DNA of 55,586 nucleotides from a virus (taxonomy: Duplodnaviria > Caudoviricetes), in the IMG/VR virus record IMGVR_UViG_3300048838_000528, positions 1 through 55,586 of that record; one strand, 5' to 3'. Each line of letters starts with the position of its first letter. Within the stretch, counting starts at the first letter, position 1. The notes under the pieces are model-generated. The model saw only the letters and a list, made by a program, of their open reading frames with translations. It was not told the origin of the DNA and made no database searches. This document shows positions 1 to 7,964 of the stretch, in pieces. Position numbers and translations under genes: made by a program.

Positions 1-188
1 ATAAAGAAGTAAAACATATGTAAAACTGAATGACCTATAACACCGTAAAATGTATTAAGGGCTATTACATGACATTGTAAGGCGTTTTACTATAAAGCAT
101 GATAAAATACCCATGTAGACAATAAAAAGGCTTTAAAACGGATATTTCAATGTGAAACCGTTTTCATATACAAAAAACATAAAAAGCC

Positions 189-217
189 TTTACATATAAA
201 AAGCATTTTGATAAAAT
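189..217 (+). promoter_or_regulatory. sigma-A-type early promoter
   Basis: TTTACA-17 bp-TAAAAT with TG extended -10. Confidence 0.6.
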
Positions 218-406
218 GAGGGTGTCTTAAAAAAATATGAGAGCGGGTCAAGTGGTCTTTGAAAACTAAATAGCGATATCTTACAAAGTAACGGCTTATC
301 AATGAATGGTTAAGCGTCACCATTAACATGACAATGGGGTCATGGTGGTTGATTGTTCATAATACCTATTGAAAGCAAGTACAAAGTAAGCATGACACTA
401 TTGCAT

Positions 407-654
407 GATGTAATGACTTAATAAGGGCGTAAACGTTCTTAAAAAGGAGAAAACAAAAAAATGAAAGAATTTTTTAATGTTTATTTTTTCAATGGTGAAG
501 AGTGGCTTTTTACATTTTGTTATCCAATCAATGATGACAAAACGCATTACAGCCTCGCTCGTGAATTGGAAAAAATACAAAACAACGGCTTTAAATTTAA
601 AATTGAATATGTCACAAAGTAAAGGCTTTTAAGCCTTTATTAAGTCATTACATC
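407..654. repeat. 22-bp inverted repeat enclosing gene 461-622
   Basis: gatgtaatgacttaataagggc (407-428) vs gcctttattaagtcattacatc (633-654), one mismatch that is G-U compatible. Confidence 0.85.
461..622 (+). CDS. small early protein, 53 aa (MKEFFNVYFF...)
   Basis: AAGGAG RBS, ATG 461, TAA 620-622; below the ORF-track cutoff. Confidence 0.75.
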   Translation: MKEFFNVYFFNGEEWLFTFCYPINDDKTHYSLARELEKIQNNGFKFKIEYVTK

Positions 655-682
655 TTAAGAGTGCATAACATTGTAAAATGTT

Positions 683-978
683 GCACTTATGAAAGCATGA
701 GCAAAAAAACGGAGGCTTTAAAAATGAAAGTAACGGTTAAAAATTACTATTATAACGTACAAAATAATGTGAAAACGGTCGATGTGATTATAGATGTTAA
801 AAATGACGACTTGACGCAAATCGATGGTTATTTTTTCCTTAATGATAAAGACTATAAAAATAATATTTATATCGCTAAAGATATTTTAAGAAGTAAAAAC
901 ATGACGTATAAAAACTTTTTCACTTATACGATAGAAAAAACGGAAGTATAAAAAAAACGCTCATGCTTTGATAAGTGC
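683..978. repeat. 20-bp inverted repeat enclosing gene 724-951
   Basis: gcacttatgaaagcatgagc (683-702) vs gctcatgctttgataagtgc (959-978), one mismatch. Confidence 0.85.
724..951 (+). CDS. hypothetical early protein
   Basis: GGAGG RBS before ATG 724, an internal start of track ORF 661..951. Confidence 0.75.
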   Translation: MKVTVKNYYYNVQNNVKTVDVIIDVKNDDLTQIDGYFFLNDKDYKNNIYIAKDILRSKNMTYKNFFTYTIEKTEV

Positions 979-1008
979 TAAAAAGCACGGAAAGAGAGAG
1001 ACAAAAAA

Positions 1009-1107
1009 ATGAAAGACTTAAAAACAATGAAACACGAAAAAATGATTATATTGATTTACAAGTTTTTTATATTGGTTTTAGTTTTTATGGTGTTATTTAT
1101 CGGTTAA
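1009..1107 (+). CDS. 32-aa single-TM peptide (MKDLKTMKHEKMIILIYKFFILVLVFMVLFIG)
   Basis: purine-rich RBS, hydrophobic C-terminal half. Confidence 0.5.
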   Translation: MKDLKTMKHEKMIILIYKFFILVLVFMVLFIG

Positions 1108-1219
1108 GCATTGATAAAGCGGTTACAAAGGCTCTATATACAACGAGGGTATATAAAAAAACCTTAACCGCTTCAATGAGTGCTTAACACTCAAAAAAAT
1201 AAAAAAAGGAGATTTTGAA

Positions 1220-1639
1220 ATGAAAAAAATGTCACGTTTTGAAGTTTTAGAAACCGTTATAAACGGAATGAGTAGAAAAGTAAACAAAAAAGCATTAAAA
1301 AGGGCTTTAGATTTTCACAATGATAGAAAAAATTTAAACTATGCATTAAAACATTATTATGAGGATATTCATAGCATAAATAACGGTTTTAGATATTATG
1401 AATTTGTGAGTGTAAATGATTTTAATAACATTGATGAGTTTAAAACATTTTTAAAAGGTTATAATGTGAAATGGTATAAAACACCTTACAATTATAATAT
1501 GAATAATTTACAAGCAATCAAACAAAAAAACACGGGTTTTGTTATGGTTTATAGTAACGGCTACTATTCACACGGTAGTTATTTATTTGATGTAAACACG
1601 TTTATTGATGAAAACGACATCGAAGTTATGGAGGCGTAA
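1220..1639 (+). CDS. hypothetical early protein
   Basis: AAGGAG RBS, 139 aa. Confidence 0.8.
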   Translation: MKKMSRFEVLETVINGMSRKVNKKALKRALDFHNDRKNLNYALKHYYEDIHSINNGFRYYEFVSVNDFNNIDEFKTFLKGYNVKWYKTPYNYNMNNLQAIKQKNTGFVMVYSNGYYSHGSYLFDVNTFIDENDIEVMEA

Positions 1640-1653
1640 AGCCTCTTTTTTTT
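1631..1653 (+). terminator. intrinsic terminator
   Basis: gaggc-gtaaa-gcctc followed by a T run. Confidence 0.7.
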
Positions 1654-1901
1654 GGTCTTTTTTTAGAGCCCTTGAAGTTTTTTCATCAAGTTTTCAAGCC
1701 TTACTTATTTATAATTTTTATAATTATAGTGCTTATAGTTTTCTTTATAGTTTTTATAAGATAGTTTTATATAGTAGTTTTTAAGGTAGTTTATATTTAT
1801 AGTTTATTTATAATTTTTCTAAATAGTTACGTATCATAAAGTTTTCAATTTGTCAAGTAGTTTATAGTTTTTAAGACAATTTCACATAGTTCATTTTTAA
1901 T

Positions 1902-1930
1902 TTGACACGCTGAAAGTTTTTTGATAGAAT
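1902..1930 (+). promoter_or_regulatory. sigma-A-type promoter
   Basis: TTGACA-17-TAGAAT with TG extension. Confidence 0.8.
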
Positions 1931-1964
1931 TATGGCAGATGGTTTTTAATAGTGAGGTGTTAAG

Positions 1965-2339
1965 ATGTTTTCTATAAGTTTATTATATAATGATATAGTT
2001 AAGTTATATGTCAATAAAAATGATGCTATACATTTAAAAGAGCGGTCATCACGTATCAAGTTATATGACGATTACAAGTTATTAAGTGATAACTTCATAT
2101 CGTGCTTTAAAGTTGATAAAGACCACGTGAACGGTTTAGAATTACACGCTATCAATGAAAACGGTTTACTATATATTTACAATTTTAAAAGCCGTAAACT
2201 TATTACAATTTTACATGCACGCTCTGAACAATTAAAACGCTATTATAACGCTTTAGGTCTTCCAATACCTCAAAAGGTTTACAATATTATAAAAGAGGTA
2301 GAAAAGCGAAACAAGTTATATAGTTTGAATAATGTGTGA
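1965..2339 (+). CDS. conserved phage hypothetical protein
   Basis: GAGGTG RBS; VDKDH.NG.ELH...KLIT.L.AR..QL.RYY motif resembles a family of Firmicutes-phage proteins. Confidence 0.75.
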   Translation: MFSISLLYNDIVKLYVNKNDAIHLKERSSRIKLYDDYKLLSDNFISCFKVDKDHVNGLELHAINENGLLYIYNFKSRKLITILHARSEQLKRYYNALGLPIPQKVYNIIKEVEKRNKLYSLNNV

Positions 2340-2364
2340 GAAAAAACATAATTACATTTTATGA

Positions 2365-2393
2365 TTGACAACCATTTTTAAAAGTGGTAAAAT
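2365..2393 (+). promoter_or_regulatory. sigma-A-type promoter
   Basis: TTGACA-17-TAAAAT with TG extension. Confidence 0.85.
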
Positions 2394-2428
2394 TAAAGTA
2401 GATAAAAAGAAAAAGGAGTATAAAAAAA

Positions 2429-2602
2429 ATGAAAAAAATGAAAGTGTATCACGCAAAAAGTTTTTATAATTTTACGATTGATGAAAAAGATGAAAAAATG
2501 TTCTTATATGCTTTTAATGTATCGTGTTACCCAGAACATTTAATACGCAACCTAAATTATTACAATATCAATTATATTTTAGAAGTGGAGGGCAAAAAAT
2601 GA
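2429..2602 (+). CDS. 57-aa hypothetical protein
   Basis: AAGGAG RBS, ATGA overlap with the next gene. Confidence 0.7.
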   Translation: MKKMKVYHAKSFYNFTIDEKDEKMFLYAFNVSCYPEHLIRNLNYYNINYILEVEGKK

Positions 2603-2877
2603 GCAAGGACGACCATTTTATTTTAGCGTTTTATGATGAGAAAAATAGACTTTTAGATTTTGAACGGTTAAAGTTGAAAACTGCCGAAAATAGTTATAAA
2701 AGTTTATTAAAGTTTATAAAAAAATATGGTATAAAAAATTATGAAAGAGGGTTCAATAGTGGTTTAGGAAAAGCAAAAAAATTGGTTGTAAGTTTTCAAG
2801 AATATGAGCCAGAAAAAGAGAAAATTATTTTTGAAAAAAGTTACCATGATTTTTTAGAAGATTTAAACAATATGTAA
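2599..2877 (+). CDS. hypothetical protein
   Basis: GGAGG RBS, ATG 2599 within track ORF 2524..2877. Confidence 0.75.
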   Translation: MSKDDHFILAFYDEKNRLLDFERLKLKTAENSYKSLLKFIKKYGIKNYERGFNSGLGKAKKLVVSFQEYEPEKEKIIFEKSYHDFLEDLNNM

Positions 2878-2902
2878 TTTTTCACACAATTCAAAAAAAT
2901 GC

Positions 2903-2931
2903 TTGACTTACAGATTTTACAATGCTATAAT
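2903..2931 (+). promoter_or_regulatory. sigma-A-type promoter
   Basis: TTGACT-17-TATAAT with TG extension. Confidence 0.85.
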
Positions 2932-2978
2932 TAAGGTAGTTAGAAAAGAGATGTTAAACTTTAAACATAGAAAAGGAA

Positions 2979-3236
2979 ATGAAAAAAATGAAAATACAAG
3001 AAAATAGTTTTTATTTAGGTAAGAAAATTATAGCGTGTGAAAACATCATCAATTTTTCAACAAACAAAATTGTAAGGGTCAGAACACGATATTGCGGTGT
3101 GATTGAAAAAATTGAAAATGACATAGTTTATATTTATGATAAAAGCAATCCTATAAACTATCAAAATTATTCTTTAAAATATAGTGATTTTTGCAAATGG
3201 GTTTTACAAGGTTTATACAAAATTAGAACAGTATAA
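2979..3236 (+). CDS. hypothetical protein
   Basis: ORF with AAGGA RBS downstream of a promoter. Confidence 0.7.
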   Translation: MKKMKIQENSFYLGKKIIACENIINFSTNKIVRVRTRYCGVIEKIENDIVYIYDKSNPINYQNYSLKYSDFCKWVLQGLYKIRTV

Positions 3237-3262
3237 AAAATAAAAAAAGGGAGATTGAAAAA

Positions 3263-3613
3263 ATGCTTACAGTTAAGAAAGAATTAGATTTAAACGATTT
3301 TATGAGCGAGTATGAAAACATACTTCCTGAAGATTATGAAGCGTGTGAAATTATTTTTGAGGCTTTATGTGATATGATGTATGATGGTGCTGAAGATATG
3401 ACAATTAGAGATTACATTCGCTTTCAAATGCAAATTAGTACACAAAGTGAACTATTAAGCGATTACGACATTATTGATGAAGAAGAATTGAAAGACCTCG
3501 ACGAAGATGAAATAAATGAAAAAGTCGAAGACTATTTAAGTGAAAATACTTCATTGCTTGGAAGTTATGAAGATGACAACGGCGACACGGTTTATATTTA
3601 CGATGAGTTTTAA
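3263..3613 (+). CDS. very acidic early protein (DNA-mimic candidate)
   Basis: about one third Asp/Glu, only about 6 Lys/Arg. Confidence 0.75.
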   Translation: MLTVKKELDLNDFMSEYENILPEDYEACEIIFEALCDMMYDGAEDMTIRDYIRFQMQISTQSELLSDYDIIDEEELKDLDEDEINEKVEDYLSENTSLLGSYEDDNGDTVYIYDEF

Positions 3614-3712
3614 AAACAAGTTTTAAACCTTTAACAAGTGAGCCATAGTTTATATGGCTTACAATTAAGGGCTTAATGCTCTAAAAAATAAAAAGAAAAG
3701 GAAGTATTAAAA

Positions 3713-3949
3713 ATGATGATAGCACTATACAGCAAAAACAAGTTTGGAAAGTTTTATATTTGTGATTACAAAAGTAACATAGAGTTTACACATACAAACG
3801 CTTTACACCTTGCAACTGTTTTTGACACGATAACACAACGTGATGAGATTTACTACTTAAAAAATACCTTTGGTTTTAATTATAAAAGCGAAAAAGTCAC
3901 AAGTGAAAAAATTGAACAATCAAAAAACTTGAATAGAGTATATTTATAA
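3713..3949 (+). CDS. hypothetical protein
   Basis: ORF with AAGGA RBS. Confidence 0.7.
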   Translation: MMIALYSKNKFGKFYICDYKSNIEFTHTNALHLATVFDTITQRDEIYYLKNTFGFNYKSEKVTSEKIEQSKNLNRVYL

Positions 3950-3964
3950 TAGGAGGAAACAAAA

Positions 3965-4195
3965 ATGACAGACTTCACACTTTTTAATCAGACAGTTGCA
4001 AAGGTTTCACACGCTTTCAGATTTACGAAAAAACGTGATACCACATATTTACAGTTATTAGAAGCCTATGAAGTTTTAAGCGATTACGATTTTATACAGG
4101 CTTACAATTTACAAAAACGGCTCGAAAAAGGCTTACGTTTTAGAAGCGTATCACATTTACTCGATACAGTCAGAAACATACCAAAGTATTTATAG
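3965..4195 (+). CDS. hypothetical protein
   Basis: AGGAGG RBS. Confidence 0.75.
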   Translation: MTDFTLFNQTVAKVSHAFRFTKKRDTTYLQLLEAYEVLSDYDFIQAYNLQKRLEKGLRFRSVSHLLDTVRNIPKYL

Positions 4196-4207
4196 GAGGA
4201 AAAAAAG

Positions 4208-4531
4208 ATGAAAGTTTTTATGATTGAATTAGGTTTTTTCGATTTAAACGATGAAGAGAATTACACAAACGTAGTTGTTTACTTAAAAAAAGAAAAGGCA
4301 AAAAAAGATTTCTCTATCGCAAGGGAAAAACTTAACGAAAGAATGTATATCAAACTTTTTGAAAGAAAAGTTAATATTGAATTAAATGAAGCAGAAAAAA
4401 ACACCATTGAAAAATTCGGTTACAGTGAATTATTAGATGGAAACGGTTACGGAAGTTTTTATAACAAAAACGATAAAAAAGATAAACTTATAACTATGAC
4501 AATTATGCCCTATACAAGAATAAAGGTATAA
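4208..4531 (+). CDS. hypothetical protein
   Basis: AGGAGG RBS. Confidence 0.75.
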   Translation: MKVFMIELGFFDLNDEENYTNVVVYLKKEKAKKDFSIAREKLNERMYIKLFERKVNIELNEAEKNTIEKFGYSELLDGNGYGSFYNKNDKKDKLITMTIMPYTRIKV

Positions 4532-4548
4532 GAAAAGAGGGAAAAGAG

Positions 4549-4719
4549 ATGAAAACAATTTTGGTTGATTGGTCTTTAAAAGTTGAAGGCTGGGAAAGTT
4601 TAAATGCTGGTGAACGTTGTGATATTTTAGAAGCAATTATTCAGCAATTGAATGACACAAATGTTATGGGAAGCAATTTTGATGGCTCAATTGGTTATGA
4701 TGTAGAGGAGTTATCATGA
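4549..4719 (+). CDS. 56-aa acidic protein, paralogue of 5188-5352
   Basis: MKTILVDWSLKVEGWESLNAGERCDILEAIIQQLN...FDGSIGYDVEELS. Confidence 0.8.
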   Translation: MKTILVDWSLKVEGWESLNAGERCDILEAIIQQLNDTNVMGSNFDGSIGYDVEELS

Positions 4720-4856
4720 CTTATAATTTATACTTAATTGAAAACGGTGTTAAAACGCTTATAACGAGCCTTAAAAACAAGCGTAAGGCTTTGGAGTTGG
4801 TTTCGATATTAGATTTTGATGAGGTGATTTTAAAATGCGAAAAAATATCAAGATAA
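4716..4856 (+). CDS. 46-aa hypothetical protein
   Basis: GAGGAG RBS, ATGA overlap. Confidence 0.6.
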   Translation: MTYNLYLIENGVKTLITSLKNKRKALELVSILDFDEVILKCEKISR

Positions 4857-4978
4857 ACGGCAAGGAAATAACACTAAAAATTCGTGAGCCTTTTGCACCG
4901 TTGCAAAAAGTGAAACCGAGTAAAAAAGTTTATAACAGAAAGAAAAATAAAAATAATGTTGAGCCTCAAAATGAATAG
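4835..4978 (+). CDS. 47-aa basic peptide with an ArfA/BrfA-like motif
   Basis: GAGGTG RBS; IREPFAPLQKVKPSKKVYNRKKNK. Confidence 0.6.
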   Translation: MRKNIKINGKEITLKIREPFAPLQKVKPSKKVYNRKKNKNNVEPQNE

Positions 4979-5121
4979 TTTATACTGTATGTCATACACT
5001 ATTGTGTCACATACAATACTATAAAATAAAAGTATATAGTTTTATTATATATTATATATAGGACATTTTGAAATAAAAATGTAGTAGTTTTTAATAGTAG
5101 TTTTAAAAACAAAAAAAAGTA

Positions 5122-5150
5122 TTGACAATAGTTTTATACCATGATAAAAT
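5122..5150 (+). promoter_or_regulatory. sigma-A-type promoter
   Basis: TTGACA-17-TAAAAT with TG extension. Confidence 0.85.
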
Positions 5151-5187
5151 AAAAAAGAATAGGAAGAAAATAAGGAGGAATTAAAAA

Positions 5188-5352
5188 ATGAAAACAGTTG
5201 GAATTGATTGGGAATTAAAAATTACGGGTTGGGAAGATTTGAACGCTGGGCAACGTTGTGATGTTCTTGAAGCAATTATTAGAAAATTAAACTTTACAGA
5301 TGTTTTAAATGGCGATTTTGATGGTTCTATTGGTTATGATGTGGAGGATTAA
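5188..5352 (+). CDS. 54-aa acidic protein, paralogue of 4549-4719
   Basis: AAGGAGG RBS; MKTVGIDWELKITGWEDLNAGQRCDVLEAII...FDGSIGYDVED. Confidence 0.8.
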   Translation: MKTVGIDWELKITGWEDLNAGQRCDVLEAIIRKLNFTDVLNGDFDGSIGYDVED

Positions 5353-5355
5353 AAA

Positions 5356-5844
5356 ATGACTAAAGATAAAAAACCTTTAGCAAGTTTGCATTGGCGTGTT
5401 TATGGCTATTTAAAAGATAATTGCATTGGCAAAGATAATTCAGTAAGCATGGTAGATTTAGCCTCATGGTATGGCATTAGCACACGCAAGGTTCGTGAAG
5501 TTATCAAAGACCTAACCGAAAGTGATACAATTTATACAGTGATTGCTACCACTTCAAAGGGCTATTATTTGCCCTCTAACGAACTTGAAATGGGCGAGGC
5601 TAACAAGATGTTGAAAAGCCGTATCAAAGGTGCTTTAACACGATATTTTGCTAACACGCCTAACGATAGAGATTGGCTATACAATTTAATTGCTGAACTT
5701 AAAAACGAGTACGACACACCACCACAAGCACAAATGGTTATCAAGTTTACAGGTCATGAACGTGATACCATAAACTACTTCGGCGAACGCAAAGACCAAA
5801 AGGCTTATGATAGTTTATTTGATTTTGTTGCACAAAAGAATTGA
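5356..5844 (+). CDS. winged-HTH DNA-binding protein
   Basis: GKDNSVSMVDLASWYGISTRKVREVIKDL...KGYYL pattern. Confidence 0.7.
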   Translation: MTKDKKPLASLHWRVYGYLKDNCIGKDNSVSMVDLASWYGISTRKVREVIKDLTESDTIYTVIATTSKGYYLPSNELEMGEANKMLKSRIKGALTRYFANTPNDRDWLYNLIAELKNEYDTPPQAQMVIKFTGHERDTINYFGERKDQKAYDSLFDFVAQKN

Positions 5845-5869
5845 CAAGTATAATTTTATATGATATAAT
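5841..5869 (+). promoter_or_regulatory. sigma-A-type promoter
   Basis: perfect TTGACA-17-TATAAT with TG extension. Confidence 0.9.
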
Positions 5870-5913
5870 AGTTTTAGGTAAGATAAAAAACCAAAAATAA
5901 AAGGAGAAAAGCA

Positions 5914-6354
5914 ATGGAAAAGAAAGATTTAAGAAATGGAATGGTTGTAGAATATCGTCTTGGCGATTTAAGAATGATTTTAAGCAATTCACTTTTGGGC
6001 GTTGAAGGTTTTGAAAGGAATAAATTGTGCTTTTACAATGATGATTTAAAAGACAAAGACAACGAAACACTATTAGACATCGTGAAAGTTTACGATTTGA
6101 CAAGTGATGTTTTGAGTTTTAGTGATGCATTTGACAGGGAAAATTTAAAAATCATTTGGGAACGTAAAGAAACAAAGAAAGTTTTTAGAGCGTGGAAGTT
6201 TTTAGAACACGAATTAAAAGGGGTATCTAACGAAACTATTGTATCAAGTGTGAAAAGTTGGGTTAAAAAATGTGAAGGTCTTACTGAAAATGAAATGAAA
6301 AAATTACATTATATTTGTGATGAAAATTGGATGGTTGAGGAGGCATTGGTATGA
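5914..6354 (+). CDS. conserved phage hypothetical protein
   Basis: KKDLRNGMVVEYR...DIVKVY...IWERKE motif typical of Firmicutes phages. Confidence 0.75.
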   Translation: MEKKDLRNGMVVEYRLGDLRMILSNSLLGVEGFERNKLCFYNDDLKDKDNETLLDIVKVYDLTSDVLSFSDAFDRENLKIIWERKETKKVFRAWKFLEHELKGVSNETIVSSVKSWVKKCEGLTENEMKKLHYICDENWMVEEALV

Positions 6355-6617
6355 ACGGACAAGCATTTAAAATGAACCTCGACCAATTCAAAAATAAGTT
6401 AATTAGCAAGGGGTATAAGGAGTATCAAAGCGATGGTACTTATACAAGATTAAAAAATCGAAACAAGATGGTTACCATTCAAGATTTATATAACACACAT
6501 ATTTATTATGATATTGAACGCAAAACATATCGTATTGAACACGTGCAATTCAATGTAACCGACTTCGCCAAAGCATTAAAAAATATCGAGAAGTTTGAAA
6601 GGAAGATAGGAAGATGA
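6351..6617 (+). CDS. hypothetical protein
   Basis: GGAGG RBS, coupled overlap. Confidence 0.7.
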   Translation: MNGQAFKMNLDQFKNKLISKGYKEYQSDGTYTRLKNRNKMVTIQDLYNTHIYYDIERKTYRIEHVQFNVTDFAKALKNIEKFERKIGR

Positions 6618-6907
6618 AATGTAACAAATGCGGTCAAGAAATAACAAACGTTATTGTTCATAGATTTACTTATGATGGTGCAGACACATATTCAAAAGAA
6701 CCTATTTTAGGTGGAGAAGAAGAAACTTGCTATTTTATTGATATTGATACACAGGCAACCATGTTTGACTTTGAAGATAGTTATGAAGAATTTATTGAAA
6801 CTATAAGTTGTCCTATATGTGATAAATATCCGTTTCAAGGGAGTATAACAATCTATAAGAGAGCGCATGTTGTATTTGGAATTAGTAATGTGGAGGAAAT
6901 AGAATGA
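6614..6907 (+). CDS. zinc-ribbon protein
   Basis: CNKC and CPIC pairs. Confidence 0.7.
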   Translation: MKCNKCGQEITNVIVHRFTYDGADTYSKEPILGGEEETCYFIDIDTQATMFDFEDSYEEFIETISCPICDKYPFQGSITIYKRAHVVFGISNVEEIE

Positions 6908-7011
6908 AAACATTTCCAAGTAAGACATCAATTTGGCTTTGTGTTTTGTTTTTCTTAATTGCATTAGGCATTGCATTTTATGTATCATTTTTTGTGGGGG
7001 TAAATTGGTGA
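6904..7011 (+). CDS. 35-aa single-TM peptide
   Basis: GGAGG RBS; MKTFPSKTSIWLCVLFFLIALGIAFYVSFFVGVNW. Confidence 0.6.
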   Translation: MKTFPSKTSIWLCVLFFLIALGIAFYVSFFVGVNW

Positions 7012-7184
7012 TGAAACAATACTTTATCAATGATTTTGAAGTGAGTGAGAATACATATAAACAGTATTTAGACAAGGAATTTAAGCGTGTTGAAACCAAT
7101 TGCAAACGGCTTGACAGGGCGATTTACACGTGTCATAGCAAGATTATTTTGAATAATATTAAGTTTGAAGAAAGAGGGGTTTAA
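7011..7184 (+). CDS. hypothetical protein
   Basis: ATG overlapping the preceding TGA, within track ORF 6933..7184. Confidence 0.55.
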   Translation: MKQYFINDFEVSENTYKQYLDKEFKRVETNCKRLDRAIYTCHSKIILNNIKFEERGV

Positions 7185-7191
7185 TGGCTTT

Positions 7192-7422
7192 ATGAAGGAA
7201 ACAAAACACTTTGTAGGATTTGAATATGATGACACTATTTTTGAAGATGAAACAGCACTTGACGAATATATTTGTGATAAAATCGGTGGCAATTATAATA
7301 ATATTGACCCTATGGATACCAATGAATTTGAATACGAATGGACTTACAATGTAAAAGAGGTTTGGGAACTTGATGACGTTGCAACACGTATCGTAAAAGA
7401 TTACATTGAAAAACATAAATAA
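7192..7422 (+). CDS. acidic hypothetical protein
   Basis: track ORF 7165..7422, start uncertain. Confidence 0.6.
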   Translation: MKETKHFVGFEYDDTIFEDETALDEYICDKIGGNYNNIDPMDTNEFEYEWTYNVKEVWELDDVATRIVKDYIEKHK

Positions 7423-7434
7423 GGAGATAGAAAA

Positions 7435-7644
7435 ATGAAGTATGAAGAATTATTACTCATGATTGAGGGATTACCTCATACTATGAAAGTGCCGTTAAGA
7501 CGAGCGATTAAATACGCCCAGAAGCAAGAGGAGTTCGTGGTATTACAAAGACGATGGATTGATACGGCTTATAGCCCAAATGAAAGGGCGATGATATGGA
7601 CTAAAATTGAAAAGAAAGAAAAAGAATTGGAGGAAATGAAATGA
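7435..7644 (+). CDS. hypothetical protein, EKELEEMK family
   Basis: AAGGAG RBS; C-terminus shared with 20902-21198. Confidence 0.75.
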   Translation: MKYEELLLMIEGLPHTMKVPLRRAIKYAQKQEEFVVLQRRWIDTAYSPNERAMIWTKIEKKEKELEEMK

Positions 7645-7964
7645 CACCTAAAGAAGCGTTTAAAGATTTATTTTTAGATGTATGGAAGCGTGATGAAGAA
7701 ACAAACAAAAAGCAAAGTATAGTGTTAAATGCCCTCACCGAACTTGAAGAACTTAAGCGTTATCCAACGAGTGAGGAAGTGTGCGAGGCGTTGAGTGAGT
7801 ATTATCATTATGAAGTTGAATATTCAAAGCGAGATATGACATTTGAAAGTGAATTGTCTTGGTATGCGTGTTTTAAAGATGGTGTAATAGACTTTGGCGG
7901 AGATAAGTTACCCCCTCACCTCATCACACTCATCGGACGATTTTACGAGGGGGTAGGGAAATGA
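7641..7964 (+). CDS. hypothetical protein, MTPKEAFK family
   Basis: N-terminus shared with 21446-21760. Confidence 0.75.
   Translation: MTPKEAFKDLFLDVWKRDEETNKKQSIVLNALTELEELKRYPTSEEVCEALSEYYHYEVEYSKRDMTFESELSWYACFKDGVIDFGGDKLPPHLITLIGRFYEGVGK

Noticed and set aside
975-1187. Track ORF of 70 aa
   Set aside because: No RBS and it runs through the long hairpin; 1009-1107 is better supported
1720-1900. Possible CRISPR array
   Set aside because: Units are about 6 bp and irregularly spaced, with no repeat-spacer structure and no cas genes
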